Positions 21,721-32,395 of a DNA stretch of 64,000 nt are shown here, piece after piece. The stretch is from Bacilli bacterium (GTDB lineage: Bacteria; Bacillota_I; Bacilli_A; RF39; UBA660). The position numbers and the translations under genes are program-made. The notes beneath the pieces were generated by a model, which did not search any database, was not told where the DNA came from, and was given only the letters and a program-made list of their open reading frames with translations. Within the stretch, counting starts at the first letter, position 1. Every line of letters begins with the position of its first letter. The stretch is from positions 25,455 through 89,454 of the forward strand of contig JAFRCD010000007.1 in the NCBI GenBank assembly GCA_017404555.1, read 5' to 3'.

Positions 21721-24700
21721 TAAACATCAGCTCCTTCCTCAGATTCTTCATCCGTTTCTTCTTGTTCTTCCTCACTAGGTTCCTTTATCTCAACCACTGG
21801 TGAATCCTCATCAATTGCTGGTTTGAAGTCTTCTTTTTCTTCAGCCTCTTCTATTTGTTTAAGTTCTAGTCTCTCACCATCAGTATCAATAATAGAAATA
21901 TCTAATCCTAGAGCTTGGAACTCTTTCATCAACACTCTGAACGATTCAGGAACACTAGCATGATTAACTTCTTGTCCTTTGACGATAGCCTCATACACTT
22001 TAACACGACCAATAACATCATCTGATTTATAAGTCATAATTTCTTGTAGCGTATGAGCAGCACCATAAGCATATAATGCCCAAACTTCCATCTCTCCAAA
22101 TCTCTGTCCACCGAATTGAGCTTTACCACCAAGTGGTTGTTGAGTAACTAATGAGTATGGACCAGTAGATCTAGCATGTAACTTATCATCAACCATGTGA
22201 TGTAGTTTAATCATATACATGATTCCTACGGCAATTCTACTATCGAATGGTTCTCCAGTTCTACCATCATATAGAACTGTCTTACCATCAGGATCCATCT
22301 TAGCTTCTTTCATCATCTTCTCGATGTCATCTATATGTGCACCATCAAAGACTGGAGTCGCAACATGAACACCAAGCTTTTTAGCAGCCATACCCATATG
22401 AATTTCTAGAATCTGTCCTAAGTTCATACGTGATGGCACACCTTGTGGATTAAGCATAATATCAACTGGAGTACCATCTGGTAAATAAGGCATATCTTCT
22501 TGAGGTAAAATAAGGGAAATAACACCTTTATTACCATGACGTCCAGACATCTTATCTCCAACTTGAATTTTTCTCTTTTGAATTACATAAACTCTAATTA
22601 TTTTAGATACACCAGCAGGTAGTTCATCATTATCTTTTCTTGAATAGATCTTGATATCATGAACAATACCATCTCCTCCATGAGGAACTCTTAATGATGT
22701 ATCACGAACTTCACGAGTTTTTTCACCGAAGATAGCATGTAATAGCTTTTCTTCAGAAGTAAGCTCAGCCATTCCCTTAGGAGTAACCTTACCTACTAAG
22801 ATATCTCCTTCTTTAACTTCAGTACCAATTGTTACAATACCATTTTCATCTAAGTTACGACGAGATTCTTCAGAAACATTAGGGATATCTCTAGTAATTT
22901 CTTCTGGTCCTAACTTAGTCTCACGACATTGCATCTCATAATCAGCTAAGTTCAAAGAAGTATATTTATCATCTTTAACTAAGTTTTCATTTAAGATAAC
23001 AGCATCTTCATAGTTATAACCATCAAAAGTCATGAAGGCAACTGTCATATTCTTACCAAGAGCAAGTTCTCCTTTATCAGTAGAATTACCATCAGCAAGG
23101 ATAGTCTTACCAGCTACTACCTTATCTCCTACATCAACAATTGGTCTTTGATGAGAACAAATAGATGAGTTAGCTAGTTCAAAGTTTGCTAAAGTATAAG
23201 TGTCTTTTCCCTTAGCGTTCTTAACAACTATTTTTTTAGCATCAACATATTCAACAACACCATCAGCCTTAGCAATTACTTCTACACCTGAATCCTTAGC
23301 GGCTATAAACTCCACACCAGTACCAATATAAGGAGCTTCAGTCTTTAATAAAGGCATTGCCTGACGTTGCATGTTAGCACCCATTGAAGCACGAGTTGGA
23401 TCATCATGCTCTAAGAATGGGATACAACTAGTAGTAACAGATACAACTTGTTGTGGTGAAACATCAATATAATCTACTTGATCAGGAGTTGCTAGAATAT
23501 TATCTCCTCTAAAACGAGCATTAACTGTCTCAGCAATAATCTTATTCTTACTATCAGTTTCTACTGTTGATTGAGAAATAATATAATCTTGTTCCTCATC
23601 AGCAGTTAAATATTCTATTTCATCAGTAATAACAGCTTTCTTAACTTTACGATATGGAGTTTGAATAAATCCATATTCATCAACCTTGGCATAAGAAGCA
23701 AGAGAAGTAATAAGTCCGATATTTGGTCCTTCTGGAGACTCAATTGGACAAATACGACCATAATGTGATGAGTTAACATCACGTACTTCTACACCAGCAC
23801 GGTCACGAGAAAGACCACCAGGTCCTAAAGCTGAAAGACGTCTCTTATTAGTAAGTTCAGCAACTGGATTAGTTTGATCCATAAATTGTGATAGTTGTGA
23901 GCTACCAAAGAATTCTTTCATTGCCGCTGTAACTGGTCGAATATTAATCAAAGTCTTAGGAGTAACCTCTTCCATTTCTTGAGTAGTCATTCTCTCTCTA
24001 ATAACTCTTTCCATTCTAGAAACACCAATTCTAAATTGGTTTTGTAATAGTTCTCCCACTTGTTTAATACGTCTATTACCTAAATGGTCAATTTCATCAA
24101 AGTTACCAACACCATGAAGTAAGTTTAGATAATATGATACAGACGCTAAAACATCAGAAATAGTTAATCTCTTCTCAGTAATCTTTTGGTCATTACCAAT
24201 AACTACTAACTTTTTCTTCTTATCAGCCGGATCAATAATCTTTACGATTTGTACTGTTCCATATTTATCTAACTCTTCATTAATCTTAACATCTTTATTA
24301 CCAAAGCCTTTTTCAAAAGCTTTTTTAACTTTATCAATATTTTCCTTAGTAATAACTGTACCTTTTTCTAAAACAACTTTACTTCCTTGTTTAATATCTT
24401 CAGCTAAAGTTTGATTTAAAAGACGATCAGTAATATTTAATTTTTTATTAAACTTATATCTTCCTACTTTAGATAAATCATATCTAAATTCATCAAAGAA
24501 TCTTGTAATAATTTGGTTCTTAGAAGAATCTAAGGTTGCTGGCTCACCTGGTCTTAATTTTTCATAGATTTCGATTAAAGCTTCATCAGTATTCTTAGTA
24601 CTATCTTTTTCAATAGTGTTCTTTAAATACTCATCTTCACCGAATAATTTAAAGATTTCTTCATCACTAGAAAGACCAAAAGCTCTTAATAAAGTAGTAA

Positions 24701-25274
24701 GAGTTACTTTTCTAGTACGATCAATTCTTACATAAAGAACATCTCTAGCATCAGTTTCATATTCTAACCAAGTACCACGATTAGGAATAATTTGTGATGT
24801 AATTAGCTTTCTTCCGTTCTTATCTATTTCATTATTATAATAGACACTTGGTGAACGAACTAATTGTGATACAACAACACGCTCAGCACCATTAATAATG
24901 AAAGTAGCGCTTTCTGTCATAATTGGCATATCACCCATGAAGATTTCTTGTTCTTTTACTTCGCCTGTTTCTCGATTAAAAAGACGTACTTCTACTTTAA
25001 GTGGTGCGGCATAGGTAGTCTCCCTATCCTTACTCTCTTTAATAGAATACTTTGGTTCTTCAAAGTGATAATCACCAAACTCCAACGCTAAAGTTCCAGA
25101 AAAATTCTCCACTGGGAATAAGTCTTGGAATACTTCCTTAATTCCTTCCTCAATAAACCAGTTATAAGATTTCTTCTGGACCTCTAATAGATCTTTCAAT
25201 TCATATGAGTTTTTGATTCGTGAGAAATTCCTTCTCTCCCTAAAATTACCGTATTTTACTGTCTTATATGCCAC
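21720..25274 (-). CDS. rpoB: DNA-directed RNA polymerase subunit beta
   Basis: 1184 aa, similar to RpoB, with an acidic C-terminal tail. GTG start preceded by GGGGTGA. Confidence 0.97.
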   Translation of the reverse strand: MAYKTVKYGNFRERRNFSRIKNSYELKDLLEVQKKSYNWFIEEGIKEVFQDLFPVENFSGTLALEFGDYHFEEPKYSIKESKDRETTYAAPLKVEVRLFNRETGEVKEQEIFMGDMPIMTESATFIINGAERVVVSQLVRSPSVYYNNEIDKNGRKLITSQIIPNRGTWLEYETDARDVLYVRIDRTRKVTLTTLLRAFGLSSDEEIFKLFGEDEYLKNTIEKDSTKNTDEALIEIYEKLRPGEPATLDSSKNQIITRFFDEFRYDLSKVGRYKFNKKLNITDRLLNQTLAEDIKQGSKVVLEKGTVITKENIDKVKKAFEKGFGNKDVKINEELDKYGTVQIVKIIDPADKKKKLVVIGNDQKITEKRLTISDVLASVSYYLNLLHGVGNFDEIDHLGNRRIKQVGELLQNQFRIGVSRMERVIRERMTTQEMEEVTPKTLINIRPVTAAMKEFFGSSQLSQFMDQTNPVAELTNKRRLSALGPGGLSRDRAGVEVRDVNSSHYGRICPIESPEGPNIGLITSLASYAKVDEYGFIQTPYRKVKKAVITDEIEYLTADEEQDYIISQSTVETDSKNKIIAETVNARFRGDNILATPDQVDYIDVSPQQVVSVTTSCIPFLEHDDPTRASMGANMQRQAMPLLKTEAPYIGTGVEFIAAKDSGVEVIAKADGVVEYVDAKKIVVKNAKGKDTYTLANFELANSSICSHQRPIVDVGDKVVAGKTILADGNSTDKGELALGKNMTVAFMTFDGYNYEDAVILNENLVKDDKYTSLNLADYEMQCRETKLGPEEITRDIPNVSEESRRNLDENGIVTIGTEVKEGDILVGKVTPKGMAELTSEEKLLHAIFGEKTREVRDTSLRVPHGGDGIVHDIKIYSRKDNDELPAGVSKIIRVYVIQKRKIQVGDKMSGRHGNKGVISLILPQEDMPYLPDGTPVDIMLNPQGVPSRMNLGQILEIHMGMAAKKLGVHVATPVFDGAHIDDIEKMMKEAKMDPDGKTVLYDGRTGEPFDSRIAVGIMYMIKLHHMVDDKLHARSTGPYSLVTQQPLGGKAQFGGQRFGEMEVWALYAYGAAHTLQEIMTYKSDDVIGRVKVYEAIVKGQEVNHASVPESFRVLMKEFQALGLDISIIDTDGERLELKQIEEAEEKEDFKPAIDEDSPVVEIKEPSEEEQEETDEESEEGADV

Positions 25275-25370
25275 TATAAATTCACCCCAAACAATTATTT
25301 TTTAGACGACGAAATCGTGTCAAAGGAACACGTAACCAACTTATATTAATAACATAGTTCAGTCAACAAG

Positions 25371-25961
25371 TCAAGAAAGTTTTTCACACTTTAGAAGATA
25401 AAATCCCTTCTTTTTTCCTAACACTGTAACATTATATACTTTTTCTAAGTCGATTATTAGCGATTTGGCTCCCTGCTCTTTTTTAATAACCAAGAACAAA
25501 TTGCCCTTTTCTTTTAAATGATCGTTAGCTCCCATCACCATTTCATAAACTATTTTCTTTCCTGCTCTAATTGGCGGATTAGTGATAATAGTGTCATACT
25601 TCTTTTTGACATTTTGATAGGCATTACTTTCAAAAATAGTTATGTTAGTACACTTATTAGCCTTTAAATTCTGTTTAGCCAGGTGTAAAGCTCTCTTATT
25701 AATATCGACCATATCGACATTAGCACCAGTCTTTTTAGAAATAACAATTCCTAAAACTCCATAACCACAACCCATATCTAAGACCTCAGCTCCAACTTCT
25801 ACTAGTGGGATGAATTCTAATAGAAGTCTACTGCCAAAATCAATCCCTTTTTTTGAAAACACACCATTGTCAGTGAAAAAGACAAAGTCCGTCCCTAAGA
25901 TGTTACATTTAACTTCGTTAATTTTACTAGGCAACTGTTCATTAGTAAAGTATTGTCCCAT
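25371..25961 (-). CDS. Class I SAM-dependent methyltransferase, small MTS-domain type (YbxB/RsmC-like)
   Basis: 196 aa with SAM-binding LDMGCGYGVLG and the N-methylation motif TNPPI. It occupies the conserved position immediately upstream of rpoB, as B. subtilis ybxB does. Confidence 0.75.
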   Translation of the reverse strand: MGQYFTNEQLPSKINEVKCNILGTDFVFFTDNGVFSKKGIDFGSRLLLEFIPLVEVGAEVLDMGCGYGVLGIVISKKTGANVDMVDINKRALHLAKQNLKANKCTNITIFESNAYQNVKKKYDTIITNPPIRAGKKIVYEMVMGANDHLKEKGNLFLVIKKEQGAKSLIIDLEKVYNVTVLGKKKGFYLLKCEKLS

Positions 25962-25988
25962 ATTATCACTCTTCTACTAAAATAGTGC

Positions 25989-26073
25989 AAAAAAGAAAGA
26001 GACAACCATATATTTACTGATATAGTTGTCCCCTTTCGAGTTATATAATAACACTAAGTAAAATATCTGTCAA
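25989..26073 (-). promoter_or_regulatory. Candidate promoter followed by a hairpin with a T-run, upstream of the ybxB-like MTase
   Basis: On the minus strand, TTGACA (26068-26073), 17 nt, then TATTAT (26045-26050). Then the hairpin gacaac…gttgtc (26001-26030) followed by TCTTTCTTTTTT. It is either the terminator of the sigH-ORF253 operon or a leader attenuator. Confidence 0.35.
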
Positions 26074-26076
26074 CTT

Positions 26077-26838
26077 TTATCTTAAAACATTTGTGAATAA
26101 ATATAAAACACCTAGCAAGAATCCAACCATAGTTATTGCCGCATAGAAGTATATTGTAACGAAGGCAGTTGGCTTTTCTTCAGGTTCTGCATATAGCTTA
26201 CTAGCTGCTGTAGCCTTAGTTAGAGTCCTATCAGAACCTCCTGCTGATGGACTACTACTAGGAGCAGTTTTCTTCTCTTCTTCACGAAGAGCTTCTTGGT
26301 ACTCGTTTAATTTCTTTTCACTCTTCGTTTTGGCAAAATCATTATAGTAAATACCGGCATTTCTTTCAATAATACCGCTATAATAACCCAAATCATCTTC
26401 AGGAATAAATTGACCAAAATCAGCAAAGTTTTCTCTAACAAATTTACTATTTAAATTATCAACAAAACCCATATAAATAGAAAGCATCAATAATGCTTGT
26501 TCAAATAAGTTCTGTCTTATTATTGAATCTTTAGAAACATCTGCTGGTATTTTATCAATATCCTCATAAACTATTTGTCCCTTATCAATAAAAATCTTAT
26601 TAGAATTATATGATTTTACATAATAATCCTGATCATGAAGATATTTAGTCTTCTTGTCTAGTTTTAAATTCAACTCTCTATATATATCATCAGAGTTTTC
26701 TGCCCCAATGGCAGCATCAAATCGATCATTATTTTCTTTTTCTTTTAGGAGACTATTAAGAGAAACCGCCTCTTCCAAAGAAGTATTAGCTGTTTCTGCA
26801 TCAAAATAAACAAGTTTTTCTTTTAATTTCTCGTTCAT
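26077..26838 (-). CDS. Hypothetical tail-anchored membrane protein (253 aa), co-transcribed downstream of the sigH-like gene
   Basis: A soluble N-terminal ~220 aa, a Ser/Pro-rich linker, and one C-terminal TM (FYAAITMVGFLLGVLYLF). AGGGAG SD. The gap from the sigma-factor gene is 58 nt. Confidence 0.5.
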   Translation of the reverse strand: MNEKLKEKLVYFDAETANTSLEEAVSLNSLLKEKENNDRFDAAIGAENSDDIYRELNLKLDKKTKYLHDQDYYVKSYNSNKIFIDKGQIVYEDIDKIPADVSKDSIIRQNLFEQALLMLSIYMGFVDNLNSKFVRENFADFGQFIPEDDLGYYSGIIERNAGIYYNDFAKTKSEKKLNEYQEALREEEKKTAPSSSPSAGGSDRTLTKATAASKLYAEPEEKPTAFVTIYFYAAITMVGFLLGVLYLFTNVLR

Positions 26839-26896
26839 GCTATGCTCCCTATTATTATTATAGAGTTTCTATGAAAAAATATCAATCAATATTTGT

Positions 26897-27487
26897 TTAG
26901 TTGACACCATATTTGTTAAGATGAATCTTAATCCTTCTTATAATACTATTAACATTATTAATAGTAATATCTAATAGTTCGGCAATCTCTTTAATCTTAA
27001 AACCATTAAAGCGAAGCTCAAAGACTGAACTCTGTAATAGACTCATTTCATTCTTAATATTACGCATTATATCTAAATAATCAGTATTAAGTATTTCCTC
27101 ATGAGGATATGCCTTATTTGACTCCAAAACTTCTAAATAATTTTTCTCCCATAGATCATTATCATACGAATAAGTATTATTATATAGATCCTTAGCTTTA
27201 CTAATTCTTTTAATATAAGTTAAGATGTGCCTTGTAATACAAATACTAGCAAAAGTATAGAACAAACTAGCATTATCATTATAAGCATTAATAGCATTAT
27301 CTAAAGCTACAAATCCTTCTTGAACAAGATCTTCTCTATCAACAAAGCTATAATTAATACACTGGTAATACTTATTTACTATTCTGTCGATTAAAGGTCG
27401 ATACTTATAAAAAAGCAAATCTTTATCGATTTCCTTTTCTTTAACCATATAAATTACTTCATAATCATTGATGCTTTTATAATCCAT
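26897..27487 (-). CDS. sigH: Sigma-70 family RNA polymerase sigma factor, SigH-like
   Basis: 196 aa with region 2 (DLVQEGFVAL) and a region 4 HTH (IKEIAELLDITINNVNSIIRR). It lies downstream of cysS-mrnC-rlmB, as B. subtilis sigH does. Confidence 0.7.
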   Translation of the reverse strand: MDYKSINDYEVIYMVKEKEIDKDLLFYKYRPLIDRIVNKYYQCINYSFVDREDLVQEGFVALDNAINAYNDNASLFYTFASICITRHILTYIKRISKAKDLYNNTYSYDNDLWEKNYLEVLESNKAYPHEEILNTDYLDIMRNIKNEMSLLQSSVFELRFNGFKIKEIAELLDITINNVNSIIRRIKIHLNKYGVN

Positions 27488-27493
27488 AACCTC

Positions 27494-28195
27494 CTACTTT
27501 CTATTACGGATTACCTCATAAATCATTATGCCACTAGCAACAGATGCATTTAAACTATTAATAGTTCCCCTCATTGGAATCTTTACTCGATAGTCGCAAG
27601 CTTTACTAACTATATCAGAAATTCCTTTACCTTCATTACCGATAACTAAAGCTATTCGACCACTATAGTCAACTTCGCGATAATCAAGAGAATCATCAGC
27701 AAGAGTTGTTCCTACTACCCAAAAACCATCTTTCTTTAAAACATTGATAGCATTAGCAATATTACTAACCATAATAACATTAGTATTAAGAAGAGCTCCT
27801 GCGGAAGTTTTCATCACCGTTGCATTAACTCCAACTTGTCTGTTTTTAGAGATAATAATATCTTTAATACCCGCTGCTTCACAGGTTCTAATGATTGCTC
27901 CTAAGTTATGAGGGTCTTCAATATGATCCAAAATAACAACTACTGCATCCTCATCTTTCGAAACATCTTCTAATGATTTATATTGGTAATCCCTAATATC
28001 CAGTATTATACCTTGGTGTTTACCATCAATCAAATCATCAATTTCCTTTTTTTCTAAGTAAATAGGAGTAATTTTATTCTTTTCTAAAAGAGAAAGTATT
28101 CTTTTATCATCAAAGTTTTGTTGTAAAAAAACTTTTTTAATGTTTTCCTTCTTTTTTAACACTTCCAAAGCTACATTTCTTCCATATATTAACAT
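27494..28195 (-). CDS. rlmB: TrmH/SpoU-family 23S rRNA (guanosine-2'-O)-methyltransferase RlmB (YacO-like)
   Basis: SpoU MTase motifs (LDHIEDPHNLGAIIRT, ALVIGNEGKG) plus synteny. Confidence 0.8.
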   Translation of the reverse strand: MLIYGRNVALEVLKKKENIKKVFLQQNFDDKRILSLLEKNKITPIYLEKKEIDDLIDGKHQGIILDIRDYQYKSLEDVSKDEDAVVVILDHIEDPHNLGAIIRTCEAAGIKDIIISKNRQVGVNATVMKTSAGALLNTNVIMVSNIANAINVLKKDGFWVVGTTLADDSLDYREVDYSGRIALVIGNEGKGISDIVSKACDYRVKIPMRGTINSLNASVASGIMIYEVIRNRK

Positions 28196-28197
28196 AC

Positions 28198-28572
28198 CTA
28201 TTCACCTAAAACCTTCTTCATTATTTGATCCACTCTACTCTTATTACCTACTAAATCTAAATAACCAATCAAAGCTTCTAATCCAGTAGCCATTTTATAA
28301 TCACCGATATCACAATTCTTAGGATGTGTATTACTTTTACAATTACGAGCACGCTTAAATACATCAAATTCTTCTTCGTTCAAAAACTTCTCAGAAATTA
28401 ATCTTTCTATAATCTCTTTCTGAGCTTTAGCACTGACATATTTAACTGCTTCTTTTTGTAAACTATCAACATTAGCAATACCTTTATTAATTAAGTACTT
28501 ACGTACATATTCCTCGTATATAGCATCACCCAAGTATGCTAAAACAAGGGAATTAATCTCCACTACCTTCAT
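28198..28572 (-). CDS. mrnC: Mini-ribonuclease 3 (MrnC/YazC)
   Basis: 124 aa with the RNase III signature LAYLGDAIYE. It lies between cysS and rlmB, as in Bacillus. Confidence 0.8.
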   Translation of the reverse strand: MKVVEINSLVLAYLGDAIYEEYVRKYLINKGIANVDSLQKEAVKYVSAKAQKEIIERLISEKFLNEEEFDVFKRARNCKSNTHPKNCDIGDYKMATGLEALIGYLDLVGNKSRVDQIMKKVLGE

Positions 28573-28575
28573 ACC

Positions 28576-29970
28576 CTACTCCACTTTATAAGTTGTTCCT
28601 TCACGACTATCAATCAAAGTTATTCCCTTAGTTTTTAATTCATCGCGTATTTGATCAGCTAAAGCAAAATCTTTGTTCTTCTTAGCTTCATTTCGTCTTT
28701 CAATTTCCTTTAGAATATATTCTTCTAAATCTTTATCAATCTCTGCATCCTTCTTTAATAAGTCAAGAGATAATACTTTATCAAAATCAGCAATTAACTC
28801 TAACTTAGTCACATCACTAATAGAACTGTCTTTTAAAACATCGTAAAGAGTAGTTATTGCTAAAGCAGTATTTAAATCATTTTTAAGAGCCTCCTTAAAC
28901 TTATCCTTATACCTAGAAATAGCTTCTTGATCAAGAGTTCCTTCTTCCTTCAAAGAACCAATTCTATTCAATAACTTATGATAAGCGGTTTTACTACTAT
29001 CCATCGTTTCATATGAAAACTCTAAAACATTACGATAATGAGAATTTAAGCAGAAAAAACGATATTCTAAAGGAGTATATCCTTTTTCTTCTAAAAGAGA
29101 TAAAGTCAAGAATTCTCCTTTAGATTTACTCATTTTACCAGATTTATCATTTAAAAATTCCATATGAACCCAGTAATTACACCATTTATGTCCTAAGAAG
29201 CATTCACTTTGAGCAATTTCATTAGTATGATGAGGAAAAATAGCATCTACCGCCCCACAATGTATATCAAGTTTTTCTCCTAAATATTTAAGAGATATAC
29301 AAGAGCATTCAATATGCCAACCAGGATAACCCACTCCCCAAGGAGAATCCCATTTTAATTCTTGATCATTAAACTTAGAATTAGTAAACCAAAGACCAAA
29401 GTCATTAACATTCTTCTTAGCCTTATCAATTTCTACATCATCACGAATAGCTGCTTGTTGCTCTAAAGGATTACGATTAGATAATTTATAATAATCTTTA
29501 TATTTAGTTGTATCAAAATAAACATTACCATCAGCTACATATGCATAACCATCATTAATTAGTTTCTCAATTACTTTAATATATTCATCTATATTATCAG
29601 TAGCTTTACTAATAATAGCTGGCTTCTTAATATTTAACTTTTCTATATCTTTCATGAAAGCATCAGTATAAAAAGAAGCAATCTCTAAAGCTGATTTCTT
29701 TTCCCGACGTGATGCCACTGCCATCTTATCTTCGCCTTCATCGCCGTCACTAACCAAATGACCAACATCAGTAATATTCATACATCTGTTAACATCATAA
29801 CCAATATATTCTAAAGTCTTTTGTAATATATCTTCTGAAATATATGTCCTTAAATTCCCAATATGCGCATAATTATAAACAGTAGGTCCACAGGTATACA
29901 TAGTTACCTTTCCCTCCTCATTAGGAATAAACTCATCTATTTTCTTAGTCAAAGTATTATAAATTTTCAT
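28576..29970 (-). CDS. cysS: Cysteine--tRNA ligase
   Basis: Class I HIGN (AHIGNLRTY) and KMSKS motifs. 464 aa. Confidence 0.95.
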   Translation of the reverse strand: MKIYNTLTKKIDEFIPNEEGKVTMYTCGPTVYNYAHIGNLRTYISEDILQKTLEYIGYDVNRCMNITDVGHLVSDGDEGEDKMAVASRREKKSALEIASFYTDAFMKDIEKLNIKKPAIISKATDNIDEYIKVIEKLINDGYAYVADGNVYFDTTKYKDYYKLSNRNPLEQQAAIRDDVEIDKAKKNVNDFGLWFTNSKFNDQELKWDSPWGVGYPGWHIECSCISLKYLGEKLDIHCGAVDAIFPHHTNEIAQSECFLGHKWCNYWVHMEFLNDKSGKMSKSKGEFLTLSLLEEKGYTPLEYRFFCLNSHYRNVLEFSYETMDSSKTAYHKLLNRIGSLKEEGTLDQEAISRYKDKFKEALKNDLNTALAITTLYDVLKDSSISDVTKLELIADFDKVLSLDLLKKDAEIDKDLEEYILKEIERRNEAKKNKDFALADQIRDELKTKGITLIDSREGTTYKVE

Positions 29971-30043
29971 CTAATCACCTCGCTATTAAAATTATACCAT
30001 AAAACTATAAAAGCTGAAATCTAAAGAATTCAGCTTTATCAAA

Positions 30044-32290
30044 TTAACCTATTATTATTTCCTTTTCACCAGCTAATATCCTATCGATAATTATCTCTGA
30101 AAACTTACTATCAATAATCATATCTGTCCTACTAGCCCCATATTTTACATAATCACTTTCTCTAACTATTTCATCGATTATCTTCCTATTAAAAGATAAG
30201 GCAATTCCTTTTTCTAGATAGTATTTTCTCATCTCCGTTAATTTATTCTCAATTATCATCTTAATTCCTTTATTAGTTAGTTTCTCAAACATAAATACTT
30301 TGTCTATTTTACTTAAAAACTCTTTAGAAAAATATTTATTAATAATAGTTTCTTTTCCATCATCAACAAAACCCAATCCTCTAGTATCAATAGTAGTAGT
30401 CATTAAAATAGTACAATTATTAAAATCAATTTCTTCTCCTTTATTATTTTCTATTTTTCCTTTTTCCATTATTTCTTTGACTACTTTTTTAACCTCATTA
30501 GCAGCTTTATCAATTTTTTCCATAATAATTAACATCCTAGGGTGCTTTCTAACCTTTTCGAAAACACAATCATGGTCATATCCAACATATCCTGGAGGCG
30601 ATCCTAAAAGTTTAGTAAGGGAACTAGTATCTTTATACTCTTCCATATTTAACCGCAAGGCTTCATCATAGAACTCATTCTTATATATATTAATTAAAGA
30701 TGTTTTACCTACTCCGATAGTTCCAATTAATAAATAACTATGAACTCTATTCTTTTTATAAGAATTAAGCTTAGTTTCCCTAATTAATTCATCAATAATT
30801 ATATCTTGCCCAATAATTACTTTTTTCATCTCCCTAGCTATTTTATTAAGTCCTTCTTTACTATAGTGCTTATTAATTAGTACCTTAGCCTTCTCTTCTA
30901 CAACTCTAATAATTGTTTCTTCATCTAATTCTTTCGGACTATTATAAAGTTCTAGTTTATTTAAACTATTTTCTAATTGCTGCTCCTTTTTCCGTAAGGA
31001 ACTAGCCTTTTCAAAATCGCCATTCTTAATAGCTTTATTCTTATCTTCTAATATTTCCCTCAGTCTTTCTCTATACCTTGTTTTCTTCTCATCTTCTCTA
31101 TTACCAATCACTATTTTCTTAGTGCAAGCTTCATCTAAAATATCAATAGCTTTGTCAGGTTGTTTTCTATCATGAATATATTCATTAGAAAGCTTAATTA
31201 TCATATCCAACTTATCATCAGAAATAGAAATATGATGGTACTTTTCATAAGTGTTTTTTAAGTTCTTAAGAATTTCTTTTGTCTTATTAAAATCCGGTTC
31301 CTTAACTTCTATTTTTTGAAATCTTCTATTTAACGCCGCATCTTGCGCAATAAACTTATTATATTCATTATTAGTAGTAGCCCCTATAATCTTTATTTTA
31401 TTACGTGCTAAAGCTGGTTTTAAAATATTAGAAGCATCAATTGCTCCTTCAGCGCCACCAGCACCTACTAGAGTATGTATTTCATCAATAAAAACAATGA
31501 CATTATCCACACTTTCTAATTCATTAATCATTTTATTAATTCTTTCTTCGAATTCACCTCGATACTTAGTACCGGCTACTAAAGAGGCCATAGAAATCGA
31601 ATAGATCCTAGCATCTTCCAATTTGCTGATAGCTTTCCCCTCAGCAATTTTCAAAGCCAAGCCCTCAGCAATGGCCGTTTTACCAACTCCAGCTTCTCCT
31701 ATCAAAACAGGATTGTTCTTAGTTTTACGCATTAATATTTCTTGTAGTCTAAGGATTTCTTTATCACGGCTACTAACAGGATCTATCTCACCTGCTTTAG
31801 CCTTTTCAGTTAGATTAATGCCGTATTGTTCTATTAATAATTTATTACTCTTCCTTGTCTTCTTCTTTATTCTAACGGCAAAAACATCATAAAGAGCTTC
31901 TACGTCAATATTCATTACCATCAATATCCTAATGGCGACACCGTCGCCTTCTTCTAAAAGTGATAAAAAAAGTCTAAGCACACTTACTTTGTCTTCATTA
32001 TTATCATGAGAATCATAAATAGCACCTTCTAATATTCTTTTTAATAAAGGCGTATATAAAAACCATTTATTAGTTTTAGAGCCCATACCAATAGAATCAA
32101 CAATTTCTTTATAAAAGATATCATATGTTATATCGTATTTCTTTAGTTGTTTAGTCAAATCCAAATCTTTATGGGATAGGATTGCTAATAAAAGATGTTC
32201 ACTTCCAATATAAGGGTGTCGTAATTTTTCTTTTTCTACCTTGGCATCTAACATTACTTTTTGGGCATCTTCTTCAAACTGTGAAAACAT
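30044..32290 (-). CDS. clpC: ATP-dependent Clp protease ATP-binding subunit ClpC-like (class III stress AAA+ chaperone)
   Basis: Two Clp_N repeats, an AAA-1 Walker A GEAGVGKT, and an AAA-2 region. Probable start MFSQFEE (ATG ~32290), preceded by GAGGAGG. No ctsR/mcsA/mcsB lie upstream. Confidence 0.8.
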   Translation of the reverse strand: MFSQFEEDAQKVMLDAKVEKEKLRHPYIGSEHLLLAILSHKDLDLTKQLKKYDITYDIFYKEIVDSIGMGSKTNKWFLYTPLLKRILEGAIYDSHDNNEDKVSVLRLFLSLLEEGDGVAIRILMVMNIDVEALYDVFAVRIKKKTRKSNKLLIEQYGINLTEKAKAGEIDPVSSRDKEILRLQEILMRKTKNNPVLIGEAGVGKTAIAEGLALKIAEGKAISKLEDARIYSISMASLVAGTKYRGEFEERINKMINELESVDNVIVFIDEIHTLVGAGGAEGAIDASNILKPALARNKIKIIGATTNNEYNKFIAQDAALNRRFQKIEVKEPDFNKTKEILKNLKNTYEKYHHISISDDKLDMIIKLSNEYIHDRKQPDKAIDILDEACTKKIVIGNREDEKKTRYRERLREILEDKNKAIKNGDFEKASSLRKKEQQLENSLNKLELYNSPKELDEETIIRVVEEKAKVLINKHYSKEGLNKIAREMKKVIIGQDIIIDELIRETKLNSYKKNRVHSYLLIGTIGVGKTSLINIYKNEFYDEALRLNMEEYKDTSSLTKLLGSPPGYVGYDHDCVFEKVRKHPRMLIIMEKIDKAANEVKKVVKEIMEKGKIENNKGEEIDFNNCTILMTTTIDTRGLGFVDDGKETIINKYFSKEFLSKIDKVFMFEKLTNKGIKMIIENKLTEMRKYYLEKGIALSFNRKIIDEIVRESDYVKYGASRTDMIIDSKFSEIIIDRILAGEKEIIIG

Positions 32291-32362
32291 AATGTTCCTC
32301 CTCAAGTATATTCTATGATTATTCTTACCCCATGATCAATAAAATATGTTCTAAAAAAATAG

Positions 32363-32390
32363 ACAAATTATCTCAACAAAAAAAGACTAG
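32363..32390 (-). terminator. Intrinsic terminator of the giant surface-protein gene
   Basis: Hairpin agactagg-ttt-cctagtct followed by a T7 run on the minus strand (plus-strand coordinates 32363-32390). It begins 6 nt after the stop. Confidence 0.65.
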
Positions 32391-32395
32391 GAAAC

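Noticed and set aside
30300-31892. Plus-strand ORFs 30300-30671 and 31623-31892 inside clpC
   Set aside because: Antisense artefacts within the AAA+ chaperone gene.
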